Source: Chiloscyllium plagiosum
Lineage: Eukaryota
Reading direction: 5' to 3'
Assembly (NCBI RefSeq): GCF_004010195.1
Contig: NC_057728.1
Span: 53,011,723-53,075,722 of the forward strand
Length of the DNA: 64,000 nucleotides
In this document: one piece after another, positions 61,496 to 64,000 of the stretch
Numbering within the stretch: position 1 is the stretch's first letter
Layout of the letters: each line of letters begins with the position of its first letter
Notes under the pieces: model-generated
What the model was told of the DNA's origin: nothing
Seen by the model: only the letters and a program-made list of their open reading frames with translations
Database searches by the model: none
Made by a program: the position numbers and the translations under genes

Positions 61496-61559
61496 GCTAG
61501 TTGTTTGGTTGTTGAGTGTGGGAGAGCTTCCATTTTTTGTTCATTTTTATAACCACTAT

Positions 61560-62012
61560 GATGTCAGTCATAGCTCAACAGAATGCTCTGGATTCCAATC
61601 CCCTTCATGGATGTTTCAGCACACAATCAAGGCTGACATTGCGGTGCAGTGCTGAAGGGGTGCCACACTATCAGCAGAACTCTTACATGGATGAAGCTTT
61701 GAAAAGAAGTCCAGTCAGGTGGATGTCATAAAATGCCTCAGCCCACTTTTGAAGATGAGCAGTGAAGAGTTCATCGTCATGCCCTGGCTAATATTTATCC
61801 CTCAAACCACATCAACACGAGAAATAGATAACCTATAAAACAGCGTTTTATGGCTGTTTGTGAGATTGTGCTGTGCTAAAATATGCCACTGCACTCACTT
61901 ATTACAAGAGCGACCACACTTAGAAAACATTTCACCACCCCCTCCGACCCCCAGCTGTAAGCTGCTTTGTGGCATTCGATTCTGTCAAATATGGTATCAA
62001 TGTGAGTTCCTT
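61560..62012 (+). mobile_element. Deu-domain SINE
   Basis: AGGCTGACATTGCGGTGCAGTGCTGAAGGGGTGCCACAC..TCAGGTGGATGT..CCCTGGCTAATATTTATCCCTCAAACCACATCA. Confidence 0.65.
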
Positions 62013-63484
62013 CATGTCAAAAATAAATCCCACAAGCAGTTAACCCAGAAACAAAATCATTGTGCAGGATCCCAGCTGGGCTTGGTGCTGAGCATTCCCA
62101 TCAAGTTATTAGAAAAGCAATCTCTCTTTGCTGGATTCACTGAGTGGATTGTATTTCTGGAGCGCTGCACTAATCATCCAGCACACAGGTTGTTTAAATC
62201 ATTCCTTGCTTATGAAAGCTATTAAAACAGAATGAATGGCTTCTTTGCCCTTTAGGTCAACTATAAGCCTCTCGGGAGAAGGTGACAACACACAGAAAGC
62301 AAAATACAATCCACACAATGGCACTCTTCAAGGTGTTGTTAACAAAAAAAAAGTGACATTTCATCCCCCTCCTGATCTTCAGAATCTATCCCTAGTGTCT
62401 TCACACAAGAGGCTCAGAATTACAATTTTAAAATTTTAATATCTTGTAAAGCTGGAGGTTGAATGTGGGAGATTTTAAATTACTTTATCACATTGTGTTC
62501 ATTTCTACAATTTGACATATTCTTGTCTGGAAAATTGTGTCTATTTCACATGCATTTCCCAGAAACGATTCTGCTTATTGCTTGGCTGAATCTGCTGCCA
62601 ATACAGCAAAAAGGGTGGTGTGAACATTATTTTTTAGTTTAAAGCAAATTTCTTAAACGTGAGTGCAGCATTTGACATAATCAAACTATTAGATGTTGGC
62701 TTCATCCTCACTGTCTTGTATGAAAAAGCCTGCTTTCCTTTGTATAGAAGGCAGCTTTGCTTCTTCTCCTACTCGCCATCAATCTTCACCATGGCAGCTG
62801 TTGTCGTCTGCTCTGAAGAGTATGCTTGAAATTAGGAGAACCACTTCAAATCAAGGGAACTAATTGTGCTCTGAGTCAATGCGCTGAGAAGCATTCAGAT
62901 CACAGTCTGTAATGGGGGATGCTGACAGCATATCTACAGTTCATTTCTCTGATTTCCCCTCCCCTCCCCCAGCCAATTATCAGATCATCAATGGAGTTTT
63001 GCCATTGCTGTCTCTCCCCACCTCCATGTAACCCCCTCCAGTGATCTCACCATTTCATGTCCCTGGTGTTAAACCTAGCCGCTTGCACATGACCAAACAA
63101 TAGATCGGCTTGGGCATTGAAATTATGCCAGATCGACTTCTCCTGGAAGCTTCGTATTCACATAGGGAAGGTCAAGCATTATCAAACTGATGGTGCTCAT
63201 ACAAAACATATTCTCATAACAAAATTATAAAACCACTTGGAGCTCCTGAGCTAATTAAAATGACGTGCTTGCATTTTATTTGTTTCCAGACAGCAAGCCT
63301 TAATTCACAGAATTCAAATAACATATAAGGAAGCCATTCAGCCCATTTAGCCTGTGCCAATCCTTTGAAGAGCTATGCAGTGTGTCCCACACTACTGCTC
63401 TCTCTCCATAATACTGCAAATTTCTCTTCTTCAACTTCCTTTTTAAAATGAATATGCCTTTTGTTCTTTCATTAGGGAAAGGCT

Positions 63485-63836
63485 GGGAGTTGTTGCAGAA
63501 TGTATTCTGGATGGAGGATTTCAATGTTCATCACCAATAATGGTCCAGAAGTTTCACCACTGACTGAGCTGGTCAGGTCCTAAAGGACAAAGCTGATAGA
63601 CTGGATCTGTGGCAGGTTGTGAGGGAACCAACAAGAGGGAAAAACATATTTGAACTCATCCTTACCAATCTGCCAGTTGCAGATGCATTTGTCCATGACA
63701 GCATTGCTAAGAATGACCACCACACAGATCTTTTGGAGATGAACTCCTATCTTCACACTGAGAATACCCTCCATCATGTTGTGTGGCACTATCACTGTGC
63801 TTAATGGGACAGACTTTGAACAGATCTGGGCCTCAA
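63485..63836 (+). mobile_element. CR1-group LINE family B, AP-endonuclease region remnant
   Basis: EDFNVHHQ*W..LWQVVREPTRGKNIFELILTNLP..NDHH (GDFN, PTR, LD-L and SDH motifs). Confidence 0.78.
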
Positions 63837-64000
63837 GACTTCAACAGTTTCCTCATTTCCCCTTCCCCCACCTCACCCCAGTTCCAAACTTCCAGCTCAG
63901 CACTGTCCCCATGACTTGTCCTACCTGCCTATCTTCTTTTCCACCTATCCACTCCACCCTCCTCCCTGACCTTCATCCTCTCCCTCACTCACCTATTGTA
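63837..64000 (+). mobile_element. Penelope-like element 3' region, running off the window end
   Basis: GACTTCAACAGTTTCCTCATTTCCCC (DFNSFLISP, as at 40741-40766 minus) then GACTTGTCCTACCTGCCTATC as at 42573. Confidence 0.9.

Overview
Repeat-rich, non-coding eukaryotic DNA. It is most likely from a shark or ray (inferred from multiple HE1-type SINEs with (TAATC)n tails, their CR1/HER1-type partner LINE 3' ends and Deu-domain SINEs). I could not support any host protein-coding exon; the ORFs I can recognise are transposon fragments and the rest look like chance ORFs. Element content: decayed non-LTR retrotransposons (CR1, a second CR1-group LINE, L2, RTE, probable Rex/Babar), at least four SINE families, Gypsy-type LTR remnants and about 17 Penelope-like (PLE) insertions. 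Most notable: (1) the PLE termini carry minimal hammerhead-ribozyme motifs in about four families, several as short hairpin or solo-pLTR insertions with 7-19 bp target-site duplications; (2) a chimeric 5S rRNA + tRNA SINE at 57.5 kb; (3) a recent tandem duplication with a templated inverted insert at 31.5-33.9 kb; (4) several TE-free, motif-dense islands that may be conserved enhancers. There is one assembly gap (42174-42564). Family names come from recognising motifs by eye, not from database searches, and element boundaries without a stated TSD are approximate.
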